In this document: positions 39,066 through 51,469 of the stretch, in pieces
Numbering within the stretch: the first letter of the stretch is position 1
How the letters are laid out: the number at the start of each line of letters is the position of its first letter
From: Narcine bancroftii
Taxonomy: Eukaryota
Assembly (NCBI RefSeq): GCF_036971445.1
Contig: NC_091473.1
Location: 231,694,001-231,758,000, forward strand
Direction of reading: 5' to 3'
Length of the DNA: 64,000 bases
The notes under the pieces: model-generated
What the model saw: the letters and a program-made list of their open reading frames with translations, nothing else
Databases searched by the model: none
What the model was told of the DNA's origin: nothing
Program-made: the position numbers and the translations under genes

Positions 39066-39662
39066 TGTAATGGAAGATTTAAACTGTGTTTTTTACTTCT
39101 TGCAGCTGCAAGGCTGAGAACCTGCTTGTTTTTTAGAATCAGCAGACATAATCTAGACCATGAGGCCCAGAGATGCAGTTTTCTTTTGTTGGTCGCAGAC
39201 TGTCAGGAGACCTTGAAGATAAAAGATAATTTAATTCATTTGTTCAAAGAGATAAGATCTGAAGTAAACAACTTTTGGGTAATATAAGCCATGGTCCCAC
39301 TGCTGAAGTTTGAGACTCTCGAAGAGGTGGCAAAATCTCTCAGCAAGAAGAAGAACTTCAAGAGTCCAGCTAACGTCCCGGTCGAGGGAGGTAGAGAAGC
39401 TGCTACCGGCGCCCCGACAACCTACTACAAGTGTGCAGTTGTTGCCTTGCTTCGGCAGTTGGGACCAGTCCAGGCGTTGATAAGCATAGTTGGGAAGGGC
39501 TTGCATATTGTAGTGTGAATTCAGCTTTAGATTTAGTAATAAAGCCTTGTATAAACTGAACTGCTCTCGGTGTGTGTGTGTGTGTCTATTTTCTTTCGGT
39601 AGTTCAAACACTGTGACCAATCTAAAACGAACAAAATGAGAGGTATAAGTTTACCCAAGACA
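39066..39662 (+). mobile_element. Solo LTR (about 600 bp, ERV/Gypsy-like)
   Basis: TGT...ACA termini, TATA aatataag about 39281 and AATAAA about 39538. Splits a SINE head (gcactaac..|..taaccactacgcc). TSD imperfect (actaa/gttaa). Confidence 0.7.
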
Positions 39663-39690
39663 GTTAACCACTACGCCATCCTTTTATATT

Positions 39691-40410
39691 CAGTAAAGCC
39701 CTTGGTATCCAGCATCTATGGGGATTGGTAGATGCTGGATAAGCACATTTTCCAGTTACTTGAGATTCACTTTTACAATGCCTAACTAATACATCAGCAT
39801 CAAGAATAAACAGTTTAAAAGACCACAGGCAGTGCAAAATATAAAGTAATTTGAAAAAGAAATCAGTATTGTGTTCCTTAATTATGTAAAATTCACTATA
39901 ATCAGGTAATTTCACATAACTTATAAATTTAAATTCCAACCCTGGTCCCTGGTGCTGTAACTGCAATGCTAACTGTGCCACCATCATAATTAATATCTAC
40001 AGCACCCCCCCCCCCCCACTGTCTCCAACATTTACAGGTTAAGTCTTATTGATGTACTTAAAAAAATACTAAGCTGGGATGGGGATTCTTTAAGAGAACA
40101 TCCAAATGGAAAGCGGCATCAACCAGTTCTTCATCCTGGGCAATGCCATTTTATTCAAACACAACTTTATTCAAACAGCTGCTACGACAAAGGCACTCCG
40201 GGGATGAATATTGCCCTCATCTTCACCAAAGGTCCACAAGTTATTTCAGACAACAATTACTTCTGCAATTTCAAACTTTTATTTAACATTTTCTTAATTC
40301 TTATTTATTTTAATTTTTAAAAATATATTAATTTTCCTCAACGTGTTTGCTAGGCTGCTTGGCATTGCTGGTTGCTTGAATTCCGGATAATGATACATTT
40401 TCATATTCCA
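39691..40410. mobile_element. Tigger/pogo-like MITE, interrupted
   Basis: Both ends match, in reverse, the element at 63116-63324. Confidence 0.5.
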
Positions 40411-41279
40411 ACATGATACCAGTGGAAATTCTTGACACTTGAATTTAGATCTCCCCTCCTGCTTAACTGGTTGGATTGCCAGCACCATTTCTAAGGGGAT
40501 ATTCATGCCCCCTCTCTCTACTAATACTTTTTCTTTCCCTTCCAACATAAAATGCCTAAAACACCTGCAATCACTATATCCTTTACCACTGTATAATATT
40601 TATTTTAGTCAAATTTATTCTTTGAATAAACTTTCATCATTTGCTACCTTGTACAAGTTCGAATATCTTCTTCCACAGCATATTTATTTAATGTTAACAA
40701 TTTCAATTAATAGCATATTAAGGAGTACTCAATTTATTTATAAAAAGTGATAATCTTAAATATTTTTCTCAGTTCCATCAGGCAATTGATCAAATTAATA
40801 TCTTCCATTAACATTTCATCATGATCTCCATATTTAACTCAGTTGCATTACAAATCATGATTTTAATATTTTATTGAGTGTGATTGAGCAAATAGTTTTT
40901 GTTTCATTTATTATGTATTCCATGTGTTATCTTTCATTATTATAGAAGCTCCTTGATAAATGGTACATTAACAATGGAGAAGGAAAGGCAAAAGACCAAT
41001 TTATCAAGCAAGTCGCAACATGAGACATTTGAACGGTGGGGGGGGGGGGGGGGTCAAAAGTCCAAAAATCACCACCATGTCTAAAATCTGGGGAAGGAAT
41101 TCTTCCAAGTTTGAATGGCCTGCAAACTCACCTCAGAAAATTAATCAAAGACATTTTAAAACTGGAATACAGGAAATGATTATTTCTTTAACATTACATT
41201 GTAAGGAAATTCTGAGATTATAATGTTTTATTTTGAATTTTAGGCAAGAATAGAATAATACAATGTGTATGTCATGTCA

Positions 41280-42150
41280 GAGTTTATCTAAGAAAATTAA
41301 TGGGACCGCCAAGCCTGCTTGAAAGTACACAGGCAAAGCAATCATGTGAAGCTTATGACATATGTTGGGAACTCAACATGAGAGAAAGCCTCAGGAAATA
41401 TACAAAGTGCAGGGGTGAAATTAAAAATTAAATTAGGAAGGCAAAGATGACACATAAAAATATATTGGCAAATTAACAAGTAAAGAACTTGCAAGATGTT
41501 ATGGGGAAAGGGGATAACAATGGAATCTTTTAGAAACAAAATAATATTTTTGGTGTGGAGAGAGTGAGGACATGGGTATAGTCTTAAAAATGTGCTTTGC
41601 ATGAGGACCATACAGACATTGAACTGATGAAATATTGGATATGGGAGAGTAAATATTAAGGGATATAGCATCTTTAAAAGTGGCAATTTTATCTCCGCCA
41701 AAGGTCTGCCAGAAAATTAAGAGAAGAAACAAAGAAACAGAGGATCTGGCTAACATTTCCAGTCCTCTATGTGAATAGTTCAGGAGCTGGAGGGATAGAT
41801 ATCCACAAATTGGGTACAGTTGTTTTTGGAGAAAGAGAGAGAGAAAATAGCAGAGAAATTACAAGCCAGCCTAAATAACACTGGCAGGGAGAACTACCAG
41901 AGGGTGCCTGGGGAACAGAGTATATTATCATTTAAAATGCCAGAGTTTACTCAAGGATAATCGACATGGAAATATTAAATGAGAAGTTATCTCATGCTTA
42001 CAAACATTTGGCCACGGCTGGTGTGTGATGCATACTTCTGGTCACCACCTTACAGAAATGAAGTGAATGCACCAGAGAGAGCACAGAAAAAAATGCATAG
42101 ATCTTGCAAATGATTAAAATATTATGTCAGAGGATTAAAGAGTTGGGTTA
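41280..42150 (+). mobile_element. Degraded CR1 LINE ORF2
   Basis: Decayed CR1 motifs, including 'ttctggtcaccaccttacagaaa' and 'gagagagcacagaaaa'. Confidence 0.55.
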
Positions 42151-42209
42151 TGAAAATTTTCTTTGGATCCAAAGAGATTCAAAGGATATTTTATTGTGGC
42201 ATGTTGTAG

Positions 42210-42615
42210 AAAATGTTGGCAAGTCAGATCACCTGGCCATACCCCTCCTGCTTTCATACAGACAGAGCCTAAAAAGAGAGGTTCTGGAGATCAGGACAGC
42301 TAGAAGGTGGTCGCACGAGGCTGAAGAATGGTTACAGGATTTCCTTGAGTCAGCAGATTGGGCAGTGTTCAAGAACTCAGCTAAGGATTTGCATGATTAC
42401 AGCAGGTCTGTCACAGACTTCATCAAAACAGCTGTGGCCGAATATGTCTCCACCAAATCATTCAGGGTTTTCCCCAAATAGAAGCTCTGGATGAAAAATG
42501 AAATTCAGAAGATGCTGAGACCCAGATCAGAGGCATTGAAGTCCAGAGATCCAGATCACAACAGAAGGAGCAGGTATGACCGAGAGAAAGCCATCTCCCA
42601 GGCAAAGTGGAGGAT
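42210..42615 (+). mobile_element. Rex1/Babar-like LINE, post-endonuclease region
   Basis: Encodes GKSDHLAIPLLLSYRQSLKRE..LQDFLESADWAVFK..VTDFIK..FRVFP. Confidence 0.8.
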
Positions 42616-43232
42616 CCACTTTTTTTCTCACTGAGACAGCCAAGAAGAGATAATGAAATGTTACTAATTAAATTAGTATCATCAATTTCTTAAAAACCTA
42701 TACGTTTTAATAGATCTTACTTAAGTAGTATGCATATCTACAAGTCTTGTTGAGAGTATAACATCTTTCCTTGTAAAAATACTAAATGAAAGTAGAAATC
42801 AGACAGTTTATTCGGCTCAGTTAGATCAGTTTCAGGAAGAGCAGGCGATAGTTATGTAAATTATATAAAAGATCAAATGTAACAGTCTGACAAGATTATT
42901 GATCTTCCATACTTAACAACTGTGGCACATTTATCACTGTCCAGATTAATTTAGCGGAGATATGTAGAAAAAGAGACTAGTGATCATCAGGCAGAGCAGT
43001 TTCAGGATAACTTTTGCCTATACATTGCACAGCATTGAGAGCCAAAGAGCCTGTTCTGTACTGTTCTATGATCTATGTAGCAAGGTCATTGTCAGAAAAC
43101 AGGGCAAAAAACTAATCAGATTATGTCATGCAGTTTGAAGCCAAAGATCAGAGGTCAGCCATTATTCTGTTGTTCTCTGGCAATGAAAATTGTGATTCTG
43201 AACCTTGATCATATATCTGCATTGTTGGATGC

Positions 43233-43800
43233 ATGATAAATAGAAGTGATAACTTCCAAACATTTGCAAACTACCTTAGATTCACACATCACAAGGTCAC
43301 ATTTCACAAGACTCAAACACATGGCGGAATAGAGAGATTCATGCAAATACTGATGAAAATTATCTACACTCCTCGTGCCAAGGAAAGATCACAGAAGCGA
43401 AAATTTGAGTTTTTAGGGAACAAGAAAGCAATGCCAGAGGCAATGACAGGAAAATTACAAATTGCCCTTGCTTTTTTAAATGACTTATTTTTAAAGCCTG
43501 TGAGACAGATAATCAATAGTTTTGCACGTTTGACAAAGCCAAGAAAAACCATCAGGAAAGTTAAAGCAGACGAATACAGGAAATGTATATCTAGGTCATT
43601 ACACCCAGAGGATACAGTCCTTCTGAAGACATATGGGCAAGCAAGCAAGCAAGCAACTCCATGTGACACACGGCCATTTGAAGTTACTGCCTTAAGTTTT
43701 TCCTTGATTGCAGCAATGGACGGCTCACGAATTATCCTAGAGAATGCAACATTCTTCAAGGCACTTAAACTATCATTCTCCAGTGTTAATCAAAATAGAT
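43233..43800 (+). mobile_element. Gypsy LTR-retrotransposon integrase remnant
   Basis: SDN..FANYLRFTHHKVT..GGIERFMQ..TGK..PEDTVLLK..PFEVT..NATFFK follows the pattern of a degraded integrase core and C-terminus. Confidence 0.75.
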
Positions 43801-43955
43801 AATCTCATGATTAAAGAAGGAATTAAGCAACGTCATGGGTTCAGCAATAAACCCTTCTACCTCAAAATCATCCTGATTGAGCTATCATGCGATCTGGAAT
43901 CTCTTCTGTGCATAAGAAACTATCAACATGATATAAAGATTGAGAGATTTAGAAA

Positions 43956-44280
43956 TGTAGTAACCTATAAGTCAACATCCATGCAATGACTATGCAATTA
44001 TGCTAAGACATTGACCTCATTGTTTTATGTTAATGATCTGTTTCATAATTAGTACCCAAGGAATGTCCATTAAAAAAATATATGGTAAAATGTAAGCTCG
44101 GTATAGCTATGACTGAACTGTCTTGGAATGTGACTTGTGAATAAACCACTTGCGTTTCAAATCTCACTCTATCAAGTCATGTGTGCCTTGTCTCTGTTCT
44201 TTTGACTGTGTATGTTAACTATTGGCCCTTCAAACTATACTCATAGCTTCCCCAGTACACAAAAATAGTGTTCTTTAACA
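43956..44280 (+). mobile_element. Probable 3' LTR of the Gypsy remnant
   Basis: TGTAG...TAACA termini after a purine-rich tract, with AATAAA about 44140. Confidence 0.4.
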
Positions 44281-44732
44281 TGGGGAGGAACACATTGATA
44301 TTATTATGATAAAAACACACAGGAGGAACTTTTGCCAATCGAGCAGCGTCCATAGGAGGTAAAGATATATTACCAATGTTTGGACCCTGAGCCCTTCTTC
44401 AATGTGCAAGCACAAAACAGACAGGCATCTGAATAATGACTGGGGAGGGAAAGGGAAAAGAATGGTAGGGTCCTATGGATGCTGTGAGACCGGCTGAGCT
44501 GCTCCAGCATTTCTGTGTGCTTTTACTACAATTACAGGGTCTGCAGACTTCTGTGTTTCACTCCATATTACTATATTATGCTCGTGCATTTCCTTTCTCA
44601 GAATACTGTGTGTGCATGACCGCTTTCATATATGCATTCTTCACACCACTTTCAGAGAACTAAACATTTGTACAACTTAGCCCTCCCGGGTGTGGTACTA
44701 AGAGCCCTACTTCATGCAGCAATAAGTTACCT

Positions 44733-44853
44733 CTTCTTCTTTGGCTTGGCTTCGCAGACGAAGATTTATGGAGGGGGTAAAAAGTCCACGTCAGCTGCAG
44801 GCTCGTTTGTGGCTGACAAGTCCGATGCGGGACAGGCAGACACGGTTGCAGCG
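44733..44853 (-). mobile_element. RTE LINE 3' end (about 120 bp)
   Basis: Same 3' end as 846-1258. TSD gttacct. Confidence 0.9.
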
Positions 44854-45986
44854 GTTACCTATTTACCTATTTAATCATGAAAAGCAGTTGCAGTTTATAT
44901 CGATTTATATACAATCAATAACATCATATAACACACTAAATTCTAACATACAATCTAATAATTTAATTATCAGAGTCTGTCAAGCCAACCAAAAATCAGG
45001 AAAACAGTTTTTATGGAATCAGTATTCAGCCTATTTAGTGTAATAAACTGCATTTCAGATGGCAATAGCTATGTGACCCAAGGCCATTATATCTGCAGTC
45101 TTCAATCTGAGTCATTCCTGTCTCTCTGGGAAATGTGGCTTTGTAGCTTTGAAGATTTCAAATCACAGATGGTGTAAGGTTTTATTGGTCACAGTTTACA
45201 CATGCCAATTTATATTCAACAATTTATTTGTCATTTGTCAGAAGATAAATCTCAATAACATCACTGAACATTCCTTTACCTTTTTAAAATAATAAATAGT
45301 TTTATACCAGCAATAAATGTGCAGTGAATTATAGTTTCCATGATATTTTAATGGCAATTTACTGCACTTAAAATCTGGATCATACAGCAAAAAAAAACAC
45401 AGGACCTCTTATAGAATACTTTAAAATTACCTACAGAAACATTTCAATTGACAGAGCAAAAATTTCTTCTTTCTCTGCAACGACAATTCAAATGGGAATA
45501 AACTTCATGAGTAGCAATTATGTAAACGCTTGGATATATTTGCTCTGGACAAAGAAATCGATCCCTTATGTACAGAACAATAGTAAATAGAATTACAGAA
45601 ACCAGGCTCAATAATTAATAAATTAGCATTTTTATTTACCTGTTTACCCATGAATAGGGAATTAAATTTATACAGTCAGAATCAGAATTGTCATGAACAT
45701 GTCATGAAATAAATATTTCTTTGAAGAAAGAATATTTTATTCAGCACTTTAAAAAACTTATTATTGGTTTATTCATTCTTTGTGGAAATTGATTCCACAA
45801 TGAGCATTGCCAATGCATGCATTGAAATGTAATCTTGATGCCAATACATTAAAATCCACATATTCTTGTAACAGCAACGCGAGCAATTTGAGTTTTAGAG
45901 ACATAAAGTGGCTCTTCTGCCCAACTCATCCATAATGATTGGGAGCAAACTGGAGTTAGTACTACTTGCTTGCATTTGGCCCAAAC

Positions 45987-46632
45987 CAGTGGTTCTTTCC
46001 ACTCACATCTTCTTCTTTTTCTTTCTTCTTTGGCTTGGCTTCGCGGACGAAGATTTATGGAGGGGGTAAAAAGTCCACGTCAGCTGCAGACTCGTTTGTG
46101 GCTGACAAGTCCGATGCGGGACAGGCAGACACGGTTGCAGCGGTTGCAGGGGAAAATTGGTGGGTTGGGGTTGGGTGTTGGGTTTTTCCTCCTTTGCCTT
46201 TTGTCAGTGAGGTGGGCTCTGCGGTCTTCTTCAAAGGAGGCTGCTGCCCGCCAAACTGTGAGGCGCCAAGATGCACGGTTGGAGGCGAGATCAGCCCACT
46301 GGCGGTGGTCAATTTTTAGTAATCCCTATGCCATCGGTGCTCTGTGATTAGTAAGGGGTTGCTTAAGTTGAGACGTGGGTGGGAAGGGGAGGTTGAGAAT
46401 CATCACTCTAGACCCAACTGTTACTGAAATATTTGGCTTGAGTAAAATTGTTATTGGCCCATTTCCTCTGGAGTTATGAAACCATGCACATAACGAGTCA
46501 ATGAGGTATTCAAGCTTTGTCTTTCCACCCACATACCACCTTAAGCAATCCCTTACTAATCACAGAGTACCTATGGCATAGGGAATACTTAAAGTGGTAT
46601 GTGAGTGAGAAGAAAAAGATTGAGAACCACTG
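45987..46632. mobile_element. hAT compound MITE interrupted by an RTE
   Basis: TIRs cagtggttct / gagaaccactg and the same internal spacer as 23546-23920. Confidence 0.85.
46008..46312 (-). mobile_element. RTE LINE 3' end nested in MITE
   Basis: (GAA)n tail and the CNRCNRVCLSRIGLVSH region. No TSD seen. Confidence 0.92.
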
Positions 46633-46639
46633 CTCTAAA

Positions 46640-47250
46640 CCTTTCCTTTCCATGTGCCTCTTTAACCGTCGTCTCAACATTGTAATTGTACCTATCTCTA
46701 CCACTTCGTCTGGCAGCTCATTTCATATATCCACCATCTTCTATGTGAAACACTTGCACCTCAGGTGACTTTTAAATTTTTTGCTTATTACCTTAAACCT
46801 ATACTCTCTAGTTTTAGATCTCTCCAGCCTGGGAACAAGACTGATGACCCAATCTCTCTCTGCCCTCATTATTTTATGATCTTTATAAGGTCACCATTTA
46901 GCCTCATTCACTCGAAGCAAAATAATCCCAGCCTTTTCAGTCCCTCCATATAACTCAGAGCTCCAGTTCCTCTGAATCTTTTCTGCATCTTCTCTAACTT
47001 AATCACATCGTTCATCGAGTATATCAAGCAAAGCTGCACGTCATACTTCGAGTGCACCTTCACCGATCTTCTGTATGGCTGTCATGTGACATCCCTGATC
47101 TTGTACTAAATGCCACAACCACAACAAATGCCTTCATTATCACCCTGTCAACATGTGTCACCACTTCCTGGGAACTCTATTCTTGTACATCAATATCTCT
47201 CTGCTCTAGAGCACTCTCCAGCATCCAAACATTTATTGTGCAAGCCCTAT
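46640..47250 (-). mobile_element. Degraded CR1 LINE
   Basis: Minus strand encodes VEIGTITMLRRRLKRHM, a CR1 C-terminus. Confidence 0.7.
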
Positions 47251-47604
47251 CATATTTCCCATTGCATCTATTTAGGTGATGAAGCTTTTGAGACACCTTA
47301 ACAAGTGTCATGGTGTGACGGGTGTCAAAGAGTGCAGTGTTTGACGGAAAGCTATTACAGCACCAGTGACCCGTGTTCAAATCCAGTGGCATCTGGAAGG
47401 AGTTGCACCTCCTCCCCATGATTGCATGGATTTTCTCTGGGTGCTCTGCTTTCCTTCCATATTCTATGAACATATAGGGTAGTAAATTAATTTGTCACTT
47501 CAGTGTATTTGGGCAGCATGGGCGAGAACCCCTCATTTCTGTGTACCACTTTGAAAATTAAGCTTTCCTTGTATGGTGAATCTATGTCAAATTCTCCTTT
47601 GAGT

Positions 47605-48383
47605 TGCTCCCGTTTCCTTCTTTCAGCGAAAACATCTGTCCGATACTGTTGGGTCCCATTTATTTAACTTTTGGGGCGTGACTTATAGCCTGTGTAACCA
47701 ATTATATTGTATCATGTGTAACCTCGTGTTTGTTGTATATGGGCATGTGAGAAAGTGGAAAAGTTTTGGGAAGATCTAAATCAGGTATTAAATAAAATCA
47801 CAAAAATCAACATACCAAAAAATCCAGAGGTCTTTCTTCTAAGTAATATAAGAATTAGGCCTCAAACTGGATGAAGCACAAAAAAGATTTATTATGATAG
47901 CCTTAGCTGTAGCAAGAAAAAGTATAATGTCAACCTGGAAATCAGAAGAGAGCCTGAGAGTACAGCAGTGGCACATAGAAATGAATAAATGTATTCCATT
48001 GGAAAAAAAAATAACATATAATTTAAAAAATAATGTGACATTATTTGAACAAATTTGGGAACTGTACATGGAACACAACAGAGAGGGCCTACCACGGACC
48101 TCCACCCCCTAAAATGACAGAATGAGAAGACGAAATGAACTGACCCAGTGTGTAAAAGTAGACGACACAATTAACCATATAACCATATAACCATTTATTG
48201 TTTATTTTCATTGTGTGATGACATTGTTTAATGGGTTTATTGTATATGTTGAACGTTTAATGGGTAGGGAGGGGGTTGGGAAGGAGGGAGAGAAGGGAGG
48301 GGGGAAAAGGGGAGAAAATGACACTGTGTTTGTGGGCATTTTGGTTAATATGGTTCATAGTGTTAAAAATAAAAAAAATTAAA
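47605..48383 (+). mobile_element. L1-clade LINE 3' end with inverted 5' segment (47605 to about 47736 minus; about 47737-48383 plus)
   Basis: Minus part NTRLHMIQYNWLHRL*VTPQKLNKWDPTVSDRCFR*KKETG. Plus part IWACEKVEKFWEDL..MIALAVARKSIMSTWK..PLEK, then an A-rich tail. 16-bp TSD aaattctc(c/a)tttgagt. Confidence 0.92.
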
Positions 48384-48633
48384 AAATTCTCATTTGAGTG
48401 CTGTTCATAAGAGATTTTGCTATTTTAAGACACTATATAAACGCAAGTTGTTGTTGGAATGCCAACCTTGGGTGCAATATTAAATGGAGTCCTCATCTGA
48501 ATTCTCAGGTGAATAGAAATGGCCATATGGTGTCAACTTCCAATAATCTTTCATTCTCAGTACTTTGGTGATACTTTTGAGCTTGAGGATCATAATACTC
48601 TTATTCCACTTTTTTTTGTGCATTACATAGCAA

Positions 48634-49960
48634 TGAGCAGTCTGATTTCTCGCCTTTGTTTTTGTACAGGGTGATGATGATGGCATCACGAAGGTCCGGA
48701 GGCAGCTTTCCTTGGTCCCAGCAGAGCTTGAAAAACTCATGCAGTTTGGCATGCAGAGTTTTGCCGCCAGCCTTCCAGACCTCTGGGGGGATTCCATCCA
48801 TACCTGCTGCTTTGCCACTTTTCAGTTGTTCAATCACCTTATATGTCTCTTCCCGGGTGAGGACCTCATCCAGCTCTAGACTCAAGGGCTATTGAGGGAG
48901 CTGGAGCAGGGTGGATTCTTGGACTGAGCGGTTGGCACTGAAAAGAGATTGGAAGTGTTCTGACCATCGATTGAGGATGGAGATCTTGTCGCCGAGGAGG
49001 ACTTTGCCGTCTGAGCTGCGCAGCGGGCTTTGGACTTGGGGTGAGGGCCGTACACAGCCTTTAGTGTCTCATAAAAACCCCTGAAGTCGCCAATGTCGGC
49101 GCTAAGCTGGGTTCGTTTGGCGAGGCTAGTCCACCACTCATTTTGGATCTCCCGGAGTTTGCGCTGAAGATGGCTGCATGCGAGATGGAAGGCTCGTTTT
49201 TTCTCTGGCCAGGAAGGCTTTGCAAGGTGAGCCTGGTGGGCAGATCGCTTCTTTGCCAGCAGCTCCTGGATTTCCTGGTTGTTTTCGTCAAACCAGTCCT
49301 TGTTTTTCCTGGAGGAGAAGCCCAATACCTCTTCAGTGGATTGCAGTATGGCCATTTTCAGCTGATCCCAGAGGGTTTCAGGAGACGTGTCCGTGAGGCA
49401 GTTTGCATCCTCAAGCTTTGCTTGGAAGTTTCCTCTCACTTCATCTGACTGCAAGTTTCCAACATTGAACCTCTTTCTAGGGGCTCCACTGCTGTTGAAC
49501 TTTGGCTTGAAGTGAAGGTTGTGCTTGCAGCGAACAAGCCGGTGGTCAGTGTGGCATTCCGCGCTGGGCATGACCCTGGTGTGGAGCACATCTCGTTTGT
49601 CTCTTCCTCGCACCAGAACGTAGTCCAGGAGGCGCCAGTGTTTGGATCAGGGATGCATCCAGGTAGTCTTCAGGCTGTCCCTCTGCTGAAAAAGGGTGTT
49701 TGCAATGACAAGCCGCTGTTCTGCGCAGTGCTCCAACAGGAAGCGCCCGTTGTCATTGCACTTGCCGACACCATGCTTGCCAAGGATTCCTGGACAGGTT
49801 TCTGAGTCTTTGCCGACGCAAGCATTGAAGTCACCAAGGATGACAACCTTGATGGCTGTAGGGGTGTGTTGGATGAGGTTGCGCAGATCAGTGTAGAACT
49901 TGTTCTTTTCTGCTGGTTCCGCCTGAAGGGTTGGAGCATAGACACTGAAGAGATTGATGC
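48634..49960 (-). mobile_element. RTE LINE inverted segment (APE endonuclease to pre-RT)
   Basis: Encodes SVYAPT, ILGDFNA, TDHRLV and GMDGIPPEVWK..KGEKSDCS. Frameshifted. Confidence 0.95.
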
Positions 49961-49961
49961 A

Positions 49962-51469
49962 ACTAATACCTAGTGTCACCGGAAATGTCCTCCCAGACAG
50001 TGTGGCTTTCGCACAAACAGAGGAACTACTGACATGGTCTTTGCCCTCAGACAGCTCCAACAAAAGTACAGAGAACAAAACAAAGGACTCTACATCACCT
50101 TTGTTGACCTCACCAAAGCCTTCGCTGCTGTGAGCAGGAAAGGGCTTTGGTAAATACTAGAGCGCCTTGGATGCCCCCCCAAGTTCCTCAACATGGTTAT
50201 CCAACTGCACGAAAACCAACAAGGTCAGGTCAGATACAGCAATGAGCTTTCAGAACCCTTCTCCATTGACAACAGGGTGAAGCAAGGCTGTGTCCTCGCA
50301 CCAACCCTCTTTACTATCTTCTTCAGCGTGATGCTGAAACAAGCCATGAAAGACCTCAACAATGAAGACGCTGTTTACATCTGGTACCGCACGGATGGCA
50401 GTCTCTTCAAGCTCACACCAAGACACAAGAGCAACTTGTCCGTGAACTACTCTTTGCAGACGATGTCGCTTTAGTTGCCCATTCAGAGCCAGCTCTTCAG
50501 TGCATGACGTCCTGTTTTGCGGAAACTGCCAAAATGTTTGGCCTGGACGTCAGCCTGAAGAAAACTGAGGTCCTCCATCAGCCAGCTCCCCACCATGACC
50601 ACCAGCCACCCCCCCCCCCCCCCCACCACATTTCAATCGGGCACACTGAACTCAAAACGGTCAACCTTTTTACCTACCTTGGCTGCACCATTTCATCTGA
50701 TGCAAAGATCGACAACAAGATAGACAACAGACTCGCCAAGGCAAATAGCGCCTTTGGAAGACTACACAAAAGAGTCTGGAAAAATAACCACCTGAAGAAA
50801 CACACAAAGATCAGTGTGTACAGAGCCGTTGTCATAACCATGCTCCTGTTCAGCTCCGAATCATGGGTCCTCTACCAGCGTCACCTACGGCTCCTAGAAT
50901 GCTTCCTTCAGCTCTGTCTCTGCTCCATCCTCAACATTAATTGGAATGACTTCATCACCAACATTGAAGTACTCGAGCTGGCAGAGTCCGCAAGCATCAA
51001 ATCCACGCTGCTGAAGACCCAACTGCACTGGGTGGGTCACGTCTCCAGAATGGAGGACCATCGCCTTCCCAAGATCGTGTTCTATGGCGTGCTTTTCACT
51101 GGCCACTGAGACAGAGGTGCACCAAAGAAGAGGTACAAGGACTGCTTAAAGAAATATCCTGGTGCCTGCCACATTGACCACTGCCAGTTGGCTGATATCG
51201 CCTGCAACCGTGCATCTTGGCGCCTCACAGTTCGGCGGGCAGCAACCTCCTTTGAAGAAGACCACAGAGCCCGCCTCACTGACAAAAGACAAAGGAGGAA
51301 AAACCCAACACCCAACCTCAACCCACCAATTTTCCCCTGCAGCCGCTGCAACCGTGTCTGCCTGTCCCGCATCGGACTTGTCAGCCACAAACGAGCCTGC
51401 AGCTGACGTGGACTTTTACCCCCTCCATAAATCTTCGTCTGCGAAGCCAAGCCAAAGAAAGAAAAAAAA
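49962..51469 (+). mobile_element. RTE LINE direct segment (RT and C-terminus)
   Basis: Encodes QCGFR..FVDLTKAF, VKQGCVLAPTLF, LFADD, FTYLG and RIGLVSHKRACS, then a GAAA tail. Disrupted by stops and frameshifts. Confidence 0.95.

Noticed and set aside
43233-43802. Domesticated integrase gene
   Set aside because: Conserved integrase motifs are heavily degraded. The open frame is more simply a decayed Gypsy remnant.
48634-51469. Intact, active RTE ORF
   Set aside because: Inverted, 5'-truncated, and carrying multiple stops and frameshifts.
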